Shown here: piece by piece, positions 1 to 10,125 of the stretch
Position numbering within the stretch: position 1 is the stretch's first letter
How the letters are laid out: each line of letters opens with the position of its first letter
From: Caldimicrobium thiodismutans
GTDB lineage: Bacteria > Desulfobacterota > Thermodesulfobacteria > Thermodesulfobacteriales > Thermodesulfobacteriaceae
NCBI RefSeq assembly: GCF_001548275.1
Contig: NZ_AP014945.1
Coordinates: 510,001-542,000, forward strand
Direction: 5' to 3'
Length of the DNA: 32,000 bases
Made by a program: the position numbers and the translations under genes
Notes under the pieces: model-generated
What the model was told of the DNA's origin: nothing
Database searches by the model: none
The model's input: the letters and a program-made list of their open reading frames with translations, nothing else

Positions 1-694
1 GTAAAGCCCTTTTAAAGGTCCTCTGCGAGGGGTTATGGGAGGCCAAAAATTGTAAAAGATTTTTTTCCCAGTTGAGATTGGCAAAGGGAAGACATTCCTT
101 CCATTTTCTCCAGTTTTTTTTAAGGCAGTCTCTCAATTTTCTGGAATAAGAAAATTCATCCGGGCTACTTAAAGCAAGTATTAGATAAAGGGCGGATTCA
201 AAATTTCCTTTAATAATCTCTTTGACTGCAAATTTTTTACATTCCTTTACAGAGGAAAAGCGCTGTTCATCAAAGTAATTCGGGATACCATATCTTTTGA
301 TCTCTTCACTTCTTTTATAAAGTTCATTAGCTTCAATTTCAGCCTCTCTAACCACAATTTCAAAATTATTCCCCAAGAGATGGGTCTTTCCAAGGGGGGA
401 TATACTTTTACCAAGATAAGTTAGTTCCAGATCTTTTTTAATAAAATCTCCCTTGGGTCCATTTTTTATTGTTATATACTGAAAGGTAATTGCATTTTTA
501 TCCTTTAGACCTCCATAACCAAAGTATTTCAGAGGTAAATGCCATTTTTTGGCAATCTGACCTAAGGCATCCCAGGTGCTAAGATTTTTCTTCTTTAAAA
601 GATAGAGGGAGTATTCTCCACTCTCGGAAGGGGTAAGACTGACTACTTCAGAGACAATAAAGTCTTCCGGGTAAACTTTTATTTTATAGGACAC
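1..694 (-). CDS. truD: tRNA pseudouridine synthase TruD, N-terminal ~231 codons (3' end runs off the window)
   Basis: Absent from the ORF track because it is open at the window edge. My reverse-strand translation from GTG (comp 692-694) reads VSYKIKVYPEDFIVSEV...YFGYGGLKDKNA...YGIPNYFDEQRF with no stop down to position 1. These match the TruD N-terminal PEDFxVxE, catalytic GxKD and PNYFxxQRF motifs. Confidence 0.8.
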   Translation of the reverse strand, partial: MSYKIKVYPEDFIVSEVVSLTPSESGEYSLYLLKKKNLSTWDALGQIAKKWHLPLKYFGYGGLKDKNAITFQYITIKNGPKGDFIKKDLELTYLGKSISPLGKTHLLGNNFEIVVREAEIEANELYKRSEEIKRYGIPNYFDEQRFSSVKECKKFAVKEIIKGNFESALYLILALSSPDEFSYSRKLRDCLKKNWRKWKECLPFANLNWEKNLLQFLASHNPSQRTFKRAL

Positions 695-698
695 TCAA

Positions 699-1448
699 TT
701 ACCGATTAAGAGCTTCCATAATGTTTTCAGGGATATCAAAATTAGCAAAAACCTGTTGCACATCATCAAGATCTTCCAAGGATTCCATAAGTTTGAGAAG
801 ACTTTGAGCTGTGCCTTCATCCTGAATGGGAACTAAATTCTTAGGAACCATGGTGACCTTAGCAGAAATAATTTCAATGCCAGCTTTCTCTAAGGCAGAT
901 TTAATGGTCTCAAAGTCTGTCGGGCTTGTGATGACCTCAATTTCACTCTCATACTCCTTAGTATCTTCAGCCCCATTTTCAATGGCAATCTCTAATACTT
1001 TTTCTTCCTCTTTTTTGGGAACAACAATCAACCCCTTTTGCTCAAAGATCCAGGCAACTGCCCCTGGCTCAGCTAAATTTCCCCCAAATTTACTAAAAAG
1101 ATGCCTGATATCCGAGACAGTTCTTTTACGGTTATCTGTAATAGCATTGATTAAGACCGCAACCCCTCCTGGACCATATCCCTCAAAGACAACTTCTTCA
1201 AATTGAGTACCTTCCTCTTGACCAAGGGCCTTTTTTATAGCCCTTTCAATATTTTCTTTGGGCATATTAACTGCCCGGGCAGACTGAATAGCAGTCCTTA
1301 AGCGAGGATTCATTTCAGGGTCTCCGCTTCCCCCCTGTCTTACGGCAATTACAATTTCCCGGACAATTTTAGTAAAGACCTGGCCTCTTTTGGCATCCTG
1401 GGCAGCTTTTTTTCTCTTAATTTGTGCCCAATGAGAATGTCCAGCCAT
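699..1448 (-). CDS. yebC: YebC/PmpR-family transcriptional regulator (TACO1-like)
   Basis: 249 aa. MAGHSHWAQIKRKKAAQDAKRGQVFTK... is the family's invariant N-terminus. SD-like AAGGGG lies upstream. Confidence 0.93.
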   Translation of the reverse strand: MAGHSHWAQIKRKKAAQDAKRGQVFTKIVREIVIAVRQGGSGDPEMNPRLRTAIQSARAVNMPKENIERAIKKALGQEEGTQFEEVVFEGYGPGGVAVLINAITDNRKRTVSDIRHLFSKFGGNLAEPGAVAWIFEQKGLIVVPKKEEEKVLEIAIENGAEDTKEYESEIEVITSPTDFETIKSALEKAGIEIISAKVTMVPKNLVPIQDEGTAQSLLKLMESLEDLDDVQQVFANFDIPENIMEALNR

Positions 1449-1510
1449 AAAATCTAACCCCTTGGAAAAACTTTTTCTAAAATATAATTAATTTTCCAGG
1501 GTTTGCAAGC

Positions 1511-1715
1511 CTGCATAAGTTTTTATTCTTTCAAGGTGCATAGGTTCATATCCTTAGAAGAAAAAGAAAGGGTGGTAAAAAAGCCCCATGTAGGGGTCTA
1601 AAATTTTAAACCTCTACTTAAGGAAAGATTTTGCAGATTATTTATCCTTTCTTTCCAAAGGGGAATGGGCATAGTGTCCATAGAGTCTCAAAAGATATGG
1701 ACTTATACACACCTC

Positions 1716-1721
<6 letters not shown>
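1511..1721 (+). repeat. Full-length copy of a mosaic intergenic repeat (modules M1 1536-1583, M2 1599-1669, M3 box 1684-1710, then a -35-like hexamer)
   Basis: M1 recurs at 17676-17724 and 13567-13597. M2 recurs at 19351-19421 and, partially, on the minus strand at 16555-16603. M3 recurs at four further sites. All were aligned by eye. Confidence 0.7.
1684..1710 (+). promoter_or_regulatory. Conserved 27-bp promoter-proximal box, copy a (AGTCTCAAAAGATATGGACTTATACAC)
   Basis: One of five near-identical boxes. It is followed after 5 nt by TTGTCT and lies 42 nt before the atpD ATG. Confidence 0.6.
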
Positions 1722-3512
<1,791 letters not shown>

Positions 3513-3515
3513 AGT

Positions 3516-3785
3516 ATGCCTGAAAAACTGGAAGATCTTTTGAAAAGAGTTGAAAAATCTAAAAAACAAAGGAAAAAAGAGCTAAATTTTTGGCATTTTC
3601 TTTACAAATTTAGCTTTATTGGGCTTTTAGTGCTTTTACCTCTCCTTAGTTCCGCCTTTTTGGGAAATCTGTTTATCAAAAAATATTCACTACCTTCTTA
3701 TTTTTTCCTTTTCTTTATCCTTGCGGGGCTCCTCTTAAGCTTTTACAACCTATGGTATCTTTTCTGGAGGAAAAAAAGTGATTAA
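3516..3785 (+). CDS. Small 2-TM membrane protein, AtpZ/AtpI (AtpQ)-like N-ATPase accessory subunit
   Basis: 89 aa with a charged N-terminus and two hydrophobic helices. It occupies the position between atpC and atpB that atpQ/atpR occupy in N-ATPase operons. Confidence 0.6.
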   Translation: MPEKLEDLLKRVEKSKKQRKKELNFWHFLYKFSFIGLLVLLPLLSSAFLGNLFIKKYSLPSYFFLFFILAGLLLSFYNLWYLFWRKKSD

Positions 3786-4458
3786 AAGCTGGGGAATTTT
3801 TCCAGAGGAGCTTATTATTGGTCCTGTAGAAATAAGAGATACTGTTTTAATAACTTGGTCTGTAATGTTTATTCTTATAGGGTTTTCTGTCCTTTTAAGA
3901 AGAAAACTCTCCCTTTATCAACCCAGCCGATGGCAATTACTTTTAGAGGCTTTGATGGAAGGAGCCGAAAAACTTTGTCAAGATATCCTGAAAAAAGATT
4001 ACCTTAGGGCTTTGCCCTTTCTTTTAACCCTCTGGCTCTTTATAGGAACCTGTAATCTCATTGGAATTATTCCTGGTTTTTATCCCCCAACCTCAGATCT
4101 GAGTACCCCTCTTGCCTTTGCCTTTTCAGCCTTTCTAATGAGACATTTTTTAGGAATCCAAATCAAAGGTTTTAAAGGATATTTAGCACATTTTTTTAAA
4201 CCTTTTTTTCTTTTTCCCCTCCATTTATTAGCTGAATTAACCAGAAGCTTAGCCCTTGCAGTAAGGCTTTTTGGAAATATCTTAAGTGGAGAAATCGTTG
4301 CCCTAATTTTGCTTGGAATTGCAGGACTAATTCTCCCCATCCCCTTCATCTTTCTCCATTTAATTCTTGGGGTTCTTCAGGCTTATCTTTTTGGAATCCT
4401 GAGTCTCGCATTTCTTTCTCAAGCTATAGAAGACAATCAAAATAAGGAGGAGATATAG
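3778..4458 (+). CDS. atpB: ATPase subunit a
   Basis: 226 aa with a GTG start. It is polytopic and carries the stator arginine motif LAVRLFGNILSGE. Confidence 0.88.
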   Translation: MIKSWGIFPEELIIGPVEIRDTVLITWSVMFILIGFSVLLRRKLSLYQPSRWQLLLEALMEGAEKLCQDILKKDYLRALPFLLTLWLFIGTCNLIGIIPGFYPPTSDLSTPLAFAFSAFLMRHFLGIQIKGFKGYLAHFFKPFFLFPLHLLAELTRSLALAVRLFGNILSGEIVALILLGIAGLILPIPFIFLHLILGVLQAYLFGILSLAFLSQAIEDNQNKEEI

Positions 4459-4459
4459 A

Positions 4460-4723
4460 ATGGAAACGAAAGGCTTAATTGTGCTGGCATCCATTATTGT
4501 GGTAGCTTTGATGATGGCCCTTGGATCTTATGCTCCTGCCAGGGCTCTTGGACAATCCATTCAGAGCGCCCTTGAGGCCATTTCCAGACAGCCTGAGGCC
4601 TCTTCTCAAATCACCCGAACCTTTATCATAGGTATAGCCATAATTGAATCCATTGTGATTTATCTATTCGTAATTGCCCTTATTTTACTTTTTGCCAATC
4701 CCCTGCTTGATTATCTAAAATAG
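4460..4723 (+). CDS. atpE: ATPase subunit c
   Basis: 87 aa helical hairpin with an RQPE loop and the ion-binding carboxylate in IAIIESIVIY. Confidence 0.9.
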   Translation: METKGLIVLASIIVVALMMALGSYAPARALGQSIQSALEAISRQPEASSQITRTFIIGIAIIESIVIYLFVIALILLFANPLLDYLK

Positions 4724-4730
4724 ACCAACC

Positions 4731-5468
4731 ATGGAAATAAAGGGATTTCATTTCTTTACCTTTTTATTTCAAGTTATTAATTTTTTTATCCTTCTTTTGA
4801 TTTTATCTCGCCTACTTTACCGCCCTTTAAAAAATTTTATGGAAAAAAGGCAAGCTGAGCTCTCAAAATGTTTTTTTGATGCAGAGAACCTAAAAAAGGA
4901 GGCTATGAAGCTTGCCTTGACTTATGAAGAAAAACTCAAAGATCTGGAAAGTAAAAAAGAAGAAATTATAGAAAACAAGCTAAAAGAAGCTGAGGAAGAG
5001 GCACAAAAAATCATAGAAGGGGCTAAAAGAGAGGCTGAGAAGATTTTTGAGAAAGAGAGGGCGCTATTACAAAGAGAAATTGAAAAATCTGAAAACATCC
5101 TCAGAGAAAAAACCCTGGCACTTCTTATGGATTTTCTTGAAAAATTTTTAAAAGAACTCCCTTTAGAGGATTTGCATCAAATTCTTTCAGAAAGGGCTTT
5201 GAAAACTCTACCTCAGGAATTTGAAAAATTGAATCTATTTTTTGATCCAAATAAACCTTGTTCTGTTGAGATAGTTTCTGCCTTTTCTCTGTCCCAGGTA
5301 AAGGATAAAGTTCAGACTATTCTTGAAGAGAAGCTTCAAAGAAAAAGTGAAATCTTTATCATCAATGACCCATCTCTTCTTGCAGGATTTAAAATAAAAA
5401 TTGAGGGTTATATCATTGATTTCTCTTTACAAGGGCAGCTGAATAAAATTAGAAAGTCTCTGGAGTAG
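4731..5468 (+). CDS. atpF: ATPase peripheral-stalk subunit b fused to a delta(OSCP) C-terminal domain
   Basis: 245 aa with an N-terminal TM helix and a K/E-rich coiled coil. The C-terminal part, VEIVSAFSLSQVKDKVQTILEEKLQRKSEIFIINDPSLLAGFKIKIEGYIIDFSLQGQLNKIRKSL, aligns by eye with the C-terminus of E. coli delta (...VDVISAAALSEQQL...[30 protein letters not shown]). Confidence 0.8.
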   Translation: MEIKGFHFFTFLFQVINFFILLLILSRLLYRPLKNFMEKRQAELSKCFFDAENLKKEAMKLALTYEEKLKDLESKKEEIIENKLKEAEEEAQKIIEGAKREAEKIFEKERALLQREIEKSENILREKTLALLMDFLEKFLKELPLEDLHQILSERALKTLPQEFEKLNLFFDPNKPCSVEIVSAFSLSQVKDKVQTILEEKLQRKSEIFIINDPSLLAGFKIKIEGYIIDFSLQGQLNKIRKSLE

Positions 5469-5472
5469 TTAC

Positions 5473-6996
5473 TTGCTTGAAGATAGACTTGAGGCCTTTT
5501 TTCAAAAATTATACTCTAAATTAAAAGAGTATTCCTTTGAGCCCTATCTTGAAGAGGAAGGAACAGCGGTCTCTGTAGGAGATGATATCGTCTTTTTGAG
5601 GGGTTTACCGAATGCTACACTTTTTGAGCTTGTTGTCTTTGAGAGAGAGGATACAGGGCTTATTTTTGACCTTGATGTAGAAACCGCAGGAGTTGTTCTT
5701 TTACAAAAAAGGGGGGGTATTAAAGCCGGAGATAAGGCCTATCGCACTGGAAGAATGGTTTCTGTTCCCGTAGGAGAGTTTATCCTTGGCAAGGTATTAG
5801 ATGGATTGGGTAGTCCTCTGGAAGAAGAGTTTTCGAGGAAGATAGAAATTTATTATCCTGTGGAAAGGGAAGCCCCACCTCTCCTCCATAGAGACTTTGT
5901 AAGAGAACCATTATATACAGGTATTACAGTCATTGATGCTCTAATACCAATTGGAAGAGGACAAAGGGAGTTAATCCTTGGAGACCCAGCTACAGGGAAA
6001 ACTGCCTTAGCTGTTGACACTGTTGTTAATCAGAAAAAAAGTGATGTTATTTCTATATATGTCTCTATCGGACAAAAGCGGGAGCACATACAAAGAGTTT
6101 ATCAATTTATTGCCAATTATGGAGACCTCTCTAAAACCATTTTTCTTAAAGTTGAGGCTGGTGAACCCTTAGGTCTTCAATATCTTGCACCTTATACCGC
6201 TACAGCAATAGCTGAATTCCTTAGGGACAAAGGAAAAAGTGTTCTAATTATTTATGATGACCTAACTAAACATGCCAGTAGCTATAGATCTTTAAGTCTT
6301 TTACTTAAAAGACCACCAGGCCGAGAGGCCTTTCCAGGTGACATCTTTTATTTACATTCTCGTCTTCTTGAAAGGGCAGGAAAACTTAAGGACGAGCTTG
6401 GAGGTGGCTCTATCACTGCTTTGCCTATAGTGGAAACTCAGCAGGGAAATATTTCAGCCTTTATTCCTACTAATTTAATCTCCATTACCGATGGCCAGAT
6501 TTACTTAGATGTTGAGCTTTTTAACAAAAATATTAGGCCTGCTGTGGATGTAGGAAAATCCGTATCCCGCATTGGAGGTAAGGCTCAAGTCCCTATTATG
6601 AAAGAAGTGGCAGGTAAATTAAAAATAGAGTATGCCCAGTTTCTGGAAAAAGAAATATTTACCAAATTTGGCATGAAATTAGAAGAGGAGACCCTTAAAC
6701 TCATTCAGAGGGGACACCGATATAGAGAAATCTTTAAACAAAAACCTCTTCACCCTCGCTCTCTTGAAGAGCATATTCTACATTTAATGCTCGTAGATAC
6801 AGGAGTGCTTGATGAAGTCCCCCTTGAAAAAGTTACAGAGATTTCTTCAACTCTGATAAAAAAGTTGCAAGAAAGCCTACCTGAAATTACAAAAAACATT
6901 AAAACCCTTGGCAGGCTTACAACAAAAGAAAGGGAAATTATCAAAAAATTCTTTAGCAATCTCTTTCAAGAACTCTATGCTGGCCAAAGAGATTGA
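5473..6996 (+). CDS. atpA: ATPase subunit alpha
   Basis: 507 aa with a TTG start. Walker A GDPATGKTALAVD, and PGREAFPGDIFYLHSRLLERA. Confidence 0.92.
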   Translation: MLEDRLEAFFQKLYSKLKEYSFEPYLEEEGTAVSVGDDIVFLRGLPNATLFELVVFEREDTGLIFDLDVETAGVVLLQKRGGIKAGDKAYRTGRMVSVPVGEFILGKVLDGLGSPLEEEFSRKIEIYYPVEREAPPLLHRDFVREPLYTGITVIDALIPIGRGQRELILGDPATGKTALAVDTVVNQKKSDVISIYVSIGQKREHIQRVYQFIANYGDLSKTIFLKVEAGEPLGLQYLAPYTATAIAEFLRDKGKSVLIIYDDLTKHASSYRSLSLLLKRPPGREAFPGDIFYLHSRLLERAGKLKDELGGGSITALPIVETQQGNISAFIPTNLISITDGQIYLDVELFNKNIRPAVDVGKSVSRIGGKAQVPIMKEVAGKLKIEYAQFLEKEIFTKFGMKLEEETLKLIQRGHRYREIFKQKPLHPRSLEEHILHLMLVDTGVLDEVPLEKVTEISSTLIKKLQESLPEITKNIKTLGRLTTKEREIIKKFFSNLFQELYAGQRD

Positions 6997-7807
6997 GAAA
7001 AAGATTTTAACCTATCGCTCTATTCTTGAAATTATAAACGCCATGAAAGCCTTTGCCGGGGTAAATTATCGCAAGTGCGAAGAAAGAATCCATTCCTTAA
7101 GGACCTTTGAAAAATCCCTTTATGAAGGCCTTGGTATCCTTTTAAGTTTTTTTCCCGAACTAAAGATTTTAGAATCTGAAAAAAATACAAGATTGATTAT
7201 TGCCTTTGGATCAGATCAGGGGCTCTGCGGAGCATACAATTATAGAATTGCCGAAGAGCTCTCTTACCATATTAAAGAAAAGGATCTCTTAGTTATAATA
7301 GGAAGAAAACTCCAGGAAAGCATAATAGATTTCCATTTAAAAGCCGATCTTCCTTTAAGAGCAAGCGTTTCTGTTGAAGGCATAAGGGAATCTCTTGAAG
7401 AGATCTTTGAACATATCCTTAAATATTTAAAAAAATCTGGGCTTATGGATATTTATTTATGTTTTACCACTATTACAGAAAAACAAAGTATTATTCATTT
7501 TGAAAGGATTTTGCCCCCTGATTTAAAAAAAATTCAAGAGATCCCAACCCTTTCCCATCCACCTTTGCTTTATCTAAAACCTCAGATACTCTTTAATAAG
7601 TTTCTTGAGGAAATTATTTTTATAGGGCTCTATAGGGCCTATTTAGAAGCTCTAAGAAGTGAGGCCTACTTCAGGATTAAAAGCATGGAGACCGCATCTA
7701 CCAATATTGAAAAAAAAATAACTGAACTTCAGATTGCTAAACATTATCAAAGACAAGAAGAAATAACCTCTGAAATCATTGAAATTCTTATTGGAAGCAA
7801 ACTTTAG
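6977..7807 (+). CDS. atpG: ATPase subunit gamma
   Basis: I moved the start from the track's 6908 to the ATG at 6977. MLAKEIEKKILTYRSILEIINAMKAFAG matches the gamma N-terminal helix. This leaves a 20-nt overlap with atpA. Confidence 0.85.
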   Translation: MLAKEIEKKILTYRSILEIINAMKAFAGVNYRKCEERIHSLRTFEKSLYEGLGILLSFFPELKILESEKNTRLIIAFGSDQGLCGAYNYRIAEELSYHIKEKDLLVIIGRKLQESIIDFHLKADLPLRASVSVEGIRESLEEIFEHILKYLKKSGLMDIYLCFTTITEKQSIIHFERILPPDLKKIQEIPTLSHPPLLYLKPQILFNKFLEEIIFIGLYRAYLEALRSEAYFRIKSMETASTNIEKKITELQIAKHYQRQEEITSEIIEILIGSKL

Positions 7808-7819
7808 TATTCTGAAAAC

Positions 7820-8641
7820 TCATAAGAAAAAAAGTATTGAAAAAAAAATATAGATAATTAAATAAAGTAATATAAAAATATTGATTCCCTTGAAAGGATA
7901 AAAGGAATAGCTTTGAAGAAGAATAAAAGGCAGAAGTAACCAAAAAAAGACGAGTTGAGGTGGTAAAAATTTAAGCATCTCCTGGGCACCCACAAAAAAC
8001 CAGGGCCCTCTGGCTATTAATCCCTGAAAAGGCTTAAGGGGAAACTGTATAAAAAAAACCGGGATAATCACACCCAAAAAATAAAAAATCCTCTCCCAGC
8101 GAAGAAGAGCTTTTATTTTAATATGCCAGATAAAAAGCCCAAAAATAAGAAAAAAACTAAGAAAAATATGCCAGTGATAGACTCTACTTAATCCTATCTG
8201 AGAAATAGCTAAAAATATCCTGTTAATCCACTCTCCTAAAAAGGGTAAACTTAGAAGTAGGTTTTCAGCAATATTTCCAGCTAACTCACCAACCTCATCT
8301 CCTCTTAATAGATAACCGGTAAAGGTAATAAATAAAAGAATAAAAAAGGAAAGAACTAAAAAAAACCAGGCAATTTTGCCTTTTAGTAGGTAAAATTTTT
8401 TGTAAATACTTTCTAAAAGGTGTAAAAAAAGGGAAATTAGGGCAATCTGGGAAGAAAAATAGTGTATATTTCTAAGCAAACAACCCAGAGGAACTTGAGC
8501 CTCAAGTTGTAAAACACTTAAAAGAGGTTGATTATAAAAATAATGGAAGCTTAAAAACATACCTGAGATGGCAGAAACCAAAAGAGAAGCTGAGCTAAGA
8601 AAGGCAAGGGGAAGATAGACTGGCCCTTTAAGTAAGCTCAA
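7820..8641 (-). CDS. Compact cytochrome b (b6 + subunit IV-like in one 273-aa chain)
   Basis: About 7 TM helices. Helix-B His pair H-x13-H (HYFSSQIALISLFLH), helix-D His pair (HIFLSFFLIFGLFIWH), and a Qo-loop-like ...RGPWFFVGAQEMLKFLP. It overlaps the Rieske gene by 14 nt. Confidence 0.75.
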   Translation of the reverse strand: MSLLKGPVYLPLAFLSSASLLVSAISGMFLSFHYFYNQPLLSVLQLEAQVPLGCLLRNIHYFSSQIALISLFLHLLESIYKKFYLLKGKIAWFFLVLSFFILLFITFTGYLLRGDEVGELAGNIAENLLLSLPFLGEWINRIFLAISQIGLSRVYHWHIFLSFFLIFGLFIWHIKIKALLRWERIFYFLGVIIPVFFIQFPLKPFQGLIARGPWFFVGAQEMLKFLPPQLVFFWLLLPFILLQSYSFYPFKGINIFILLYLIIYIFFSILFFL

Positions 8642-9017
8642 CCTCTAAGCCCTCATCTTTGAGCTTGGATGGAATTTTTCTCAAATCCTTTTTAGCAGGA
8701 CCCTCAAGAAATTTACCCTGTAAAGTAAATTTACTTTGATGACAGGGACAAACAATTAATTCCCTCTCCGGGTCAAAGTTAAGCTTACAACCTAAATGGG
8801 GACACCTCCGAGAAAAACTTAGATAACCTATTTCTTTTTTAACCAGAATAAAATCCTCTCCAAGATATAATGTTTTTATCTTCTCAAGGTCAGACTTAGA
8901 TAGAAAAATTTTTTTGGGAGCTGGCCTTGAGAGATAGGCTAAATTTTGAAGTCCCAGGAAACCAAAAAAACCTATTGAGAAAAAGCCTAAAAATTTCAAA
9001 AAGTCTCTCCTTTTCAA
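8628..9017 (-). CDS. Rieske [2Fe-2S] protein with a Tat signal
   Basis: 129 aa. Twin-arginine MKRRDFLKF, plus cluster boxes CPHLGC and CPCHQSKF. Confidence 0.88.
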   Translation of the reverse strand: MKRRDFLKFLGFFSIGFFGFLGLQNLAYLSRPAPKKIFLSKSDLEKIKTLYLGEDFILVKKEIGYLSFSRRCPHLGCKLNFDPERELIVCPCHQSKFTLQGKFLEGPAKKDLRKIPSKLKDEGLEVELT

Positions 9018-9631
9018 GGTCTCTCCTCCTGAAAAGCTGGGGCAAGTTCCTTCAAAGCCTTTTTAATAAGATTTTCAAGGGTATCTTCCTCTTCAAAGAC
9101 CCTAAAAAGGGTTTCTTCAACCTCTTTACTCTGAAAACCTAAATTTACTAAACAGGCTTTGGCTTCCAGAAGAATTCTTTCTTTTTCTAAGGGTATAGTA
9201 AAACCCTTCCGCGTAATTTTTCCAAAAAGACCCTTTAATTCAAGAAAAAGCCTTTCAGCTCTTTTTTCCCCTATACCAGGAACTCGTGCTAAGTCCTTAA
9301 TTCGTCTTTCCTCAATAACCTTTCTGAGTTCTTCGGGACTAAAGACTGAAAGAAGATTTAAGGCAAGCTTAGGCCCCACCTTAGAAAGATTATTGAGTTT
9401 TATAAATAGCTCTCTTTCTTCTTGATTTAAGAAACCATAAAGCTCGGGATATTCATTTTTTCTAAGCAGAAGAACCACAAAAACCTCAATCTCTTTTCCT
9501 AAAAAATTCTGACGGAGGATCTCAGCCAGGCTAAAGGGCATATAGATCTCCCAGAAAAAAACCGCACTTTCAAGAATAAGCCGATTAGGTGAAAAAACTT
9601 CCTTAACTATTCCTCTAATTTTATAAAACAA
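9014..9631 (-). CDS. ruvA: Holliday junction branch-migration complex subunit RuvA
   Basis: 205 aa. MFYKIRGIV... OB-fold N-terminus and helix-hairpin-helix motifs (LSKVGPKLA, LARVPGIGEKRAERL). Confidence 0.9.
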   Translation of the reverse strand: MFYKIRGIVKEVFSPNRLILESAVFFWEIYMPFSLAEILRQNFLGKEIEVFVVLLLRKNEYPELYGFLNQEERELFIKLNNLSKVGPKLALNLLSVFSPEELRKVIEERRIKDLARVPGIGEKRAERLFLELKGLFGKITRKGFTIPLEKERILLEAKACLVNLGFQSKEVEETLFRVFEEEDTLENLIKKALKELAPAFQEERP

Positions 9632-9642
9632 GGGCTTCTCCT

Positions 9643-10125
9643 TTATAAAAGATTTAAATCCAGAGCTAAAACAAGGGCCATAGCAAGGGCATCTGTGGTA
9701 TGTTCATCTTTGATTTTAGCATCAAACTCTTTTCCTATAAAGGCCTTTAAAAAATTCTTAACCTCTGCCTTGGTAGCCTTTCCATCCCCACATAAATACT
9801 TCTTCCAAAAAGAGGGGTTGTAGTATCTTATAGGTATAGACTCTTCTTCAGCAATTATTAATACAATAGCTTGTGCCTGGAATACTTTTGCTGTTGAATG
9901 GGGGTTTATCTTAGGAATAGGCTCCTCTACAACCAGAAATTCTGGCCTTTCACTCTTAAGTAGTTTTTTAAAGGCTTGATATAAAAAAAATAAGCGTTGA
10001 GAGAGAGACTGTTTAGGAGGAGCCTTTATGGTTTCTGCCTTGATTAAATTGAGTTTTTTTTCCTTCACCTCCAAAAGGACACATCCAAGATTCAAAAGCC
10101 CGGGGTCAACTCCTAAAATTTTCAT
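9643..10125 (-). CDS. ruvC: Crossover junction endodeoxyribonuclease RuvC
   Basis: 160 aa. MKILGVDPGLLNLG (catalytic Asp) and a C-terminal ...DEHTTDALAMAL motif. Confidence 0.9.
   Translation of the reverse strand: MKILGVDPGLLNLGCVLLEVKEKKLNLIKAETIKAPPKQSLSQRLFFLYQAFKKLLKSERPEFLVVEEPIPKINPHSTAKVFQAQAIVLIIAEEESIPIRYYNPSFWKKYLCGDGKATKAEVKNFLKAFIGKEFDAKIKDEHTTDALAMALVLALDLNLL

Noticed and set aside
826-1206. Antisense and embedded ORFs inside well-supported genes (826-1206, 2268-2480, 3047-3262, 4080-4349, 6750-6959, 8927-9142, 9159-9425, 11719-11988, 14062-14313, 22570-22755, 22886-23161, 24345-24533, 26834-27073, 27188-27445, 30843-31046, 31265-31480)
   Set aside because: Each lies wholly within a longer ORF that has clear family motifs on the other strand or frame. 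None has motifs or an SD.
6908-6976. Upstream start (6908) for atpG given in the ORF track
   Set aside because: It would overlap atpA by 89 nt and add a non-homologous N-terminus. The ATG at 6977 yields the conserved gamma N-terminal helix.
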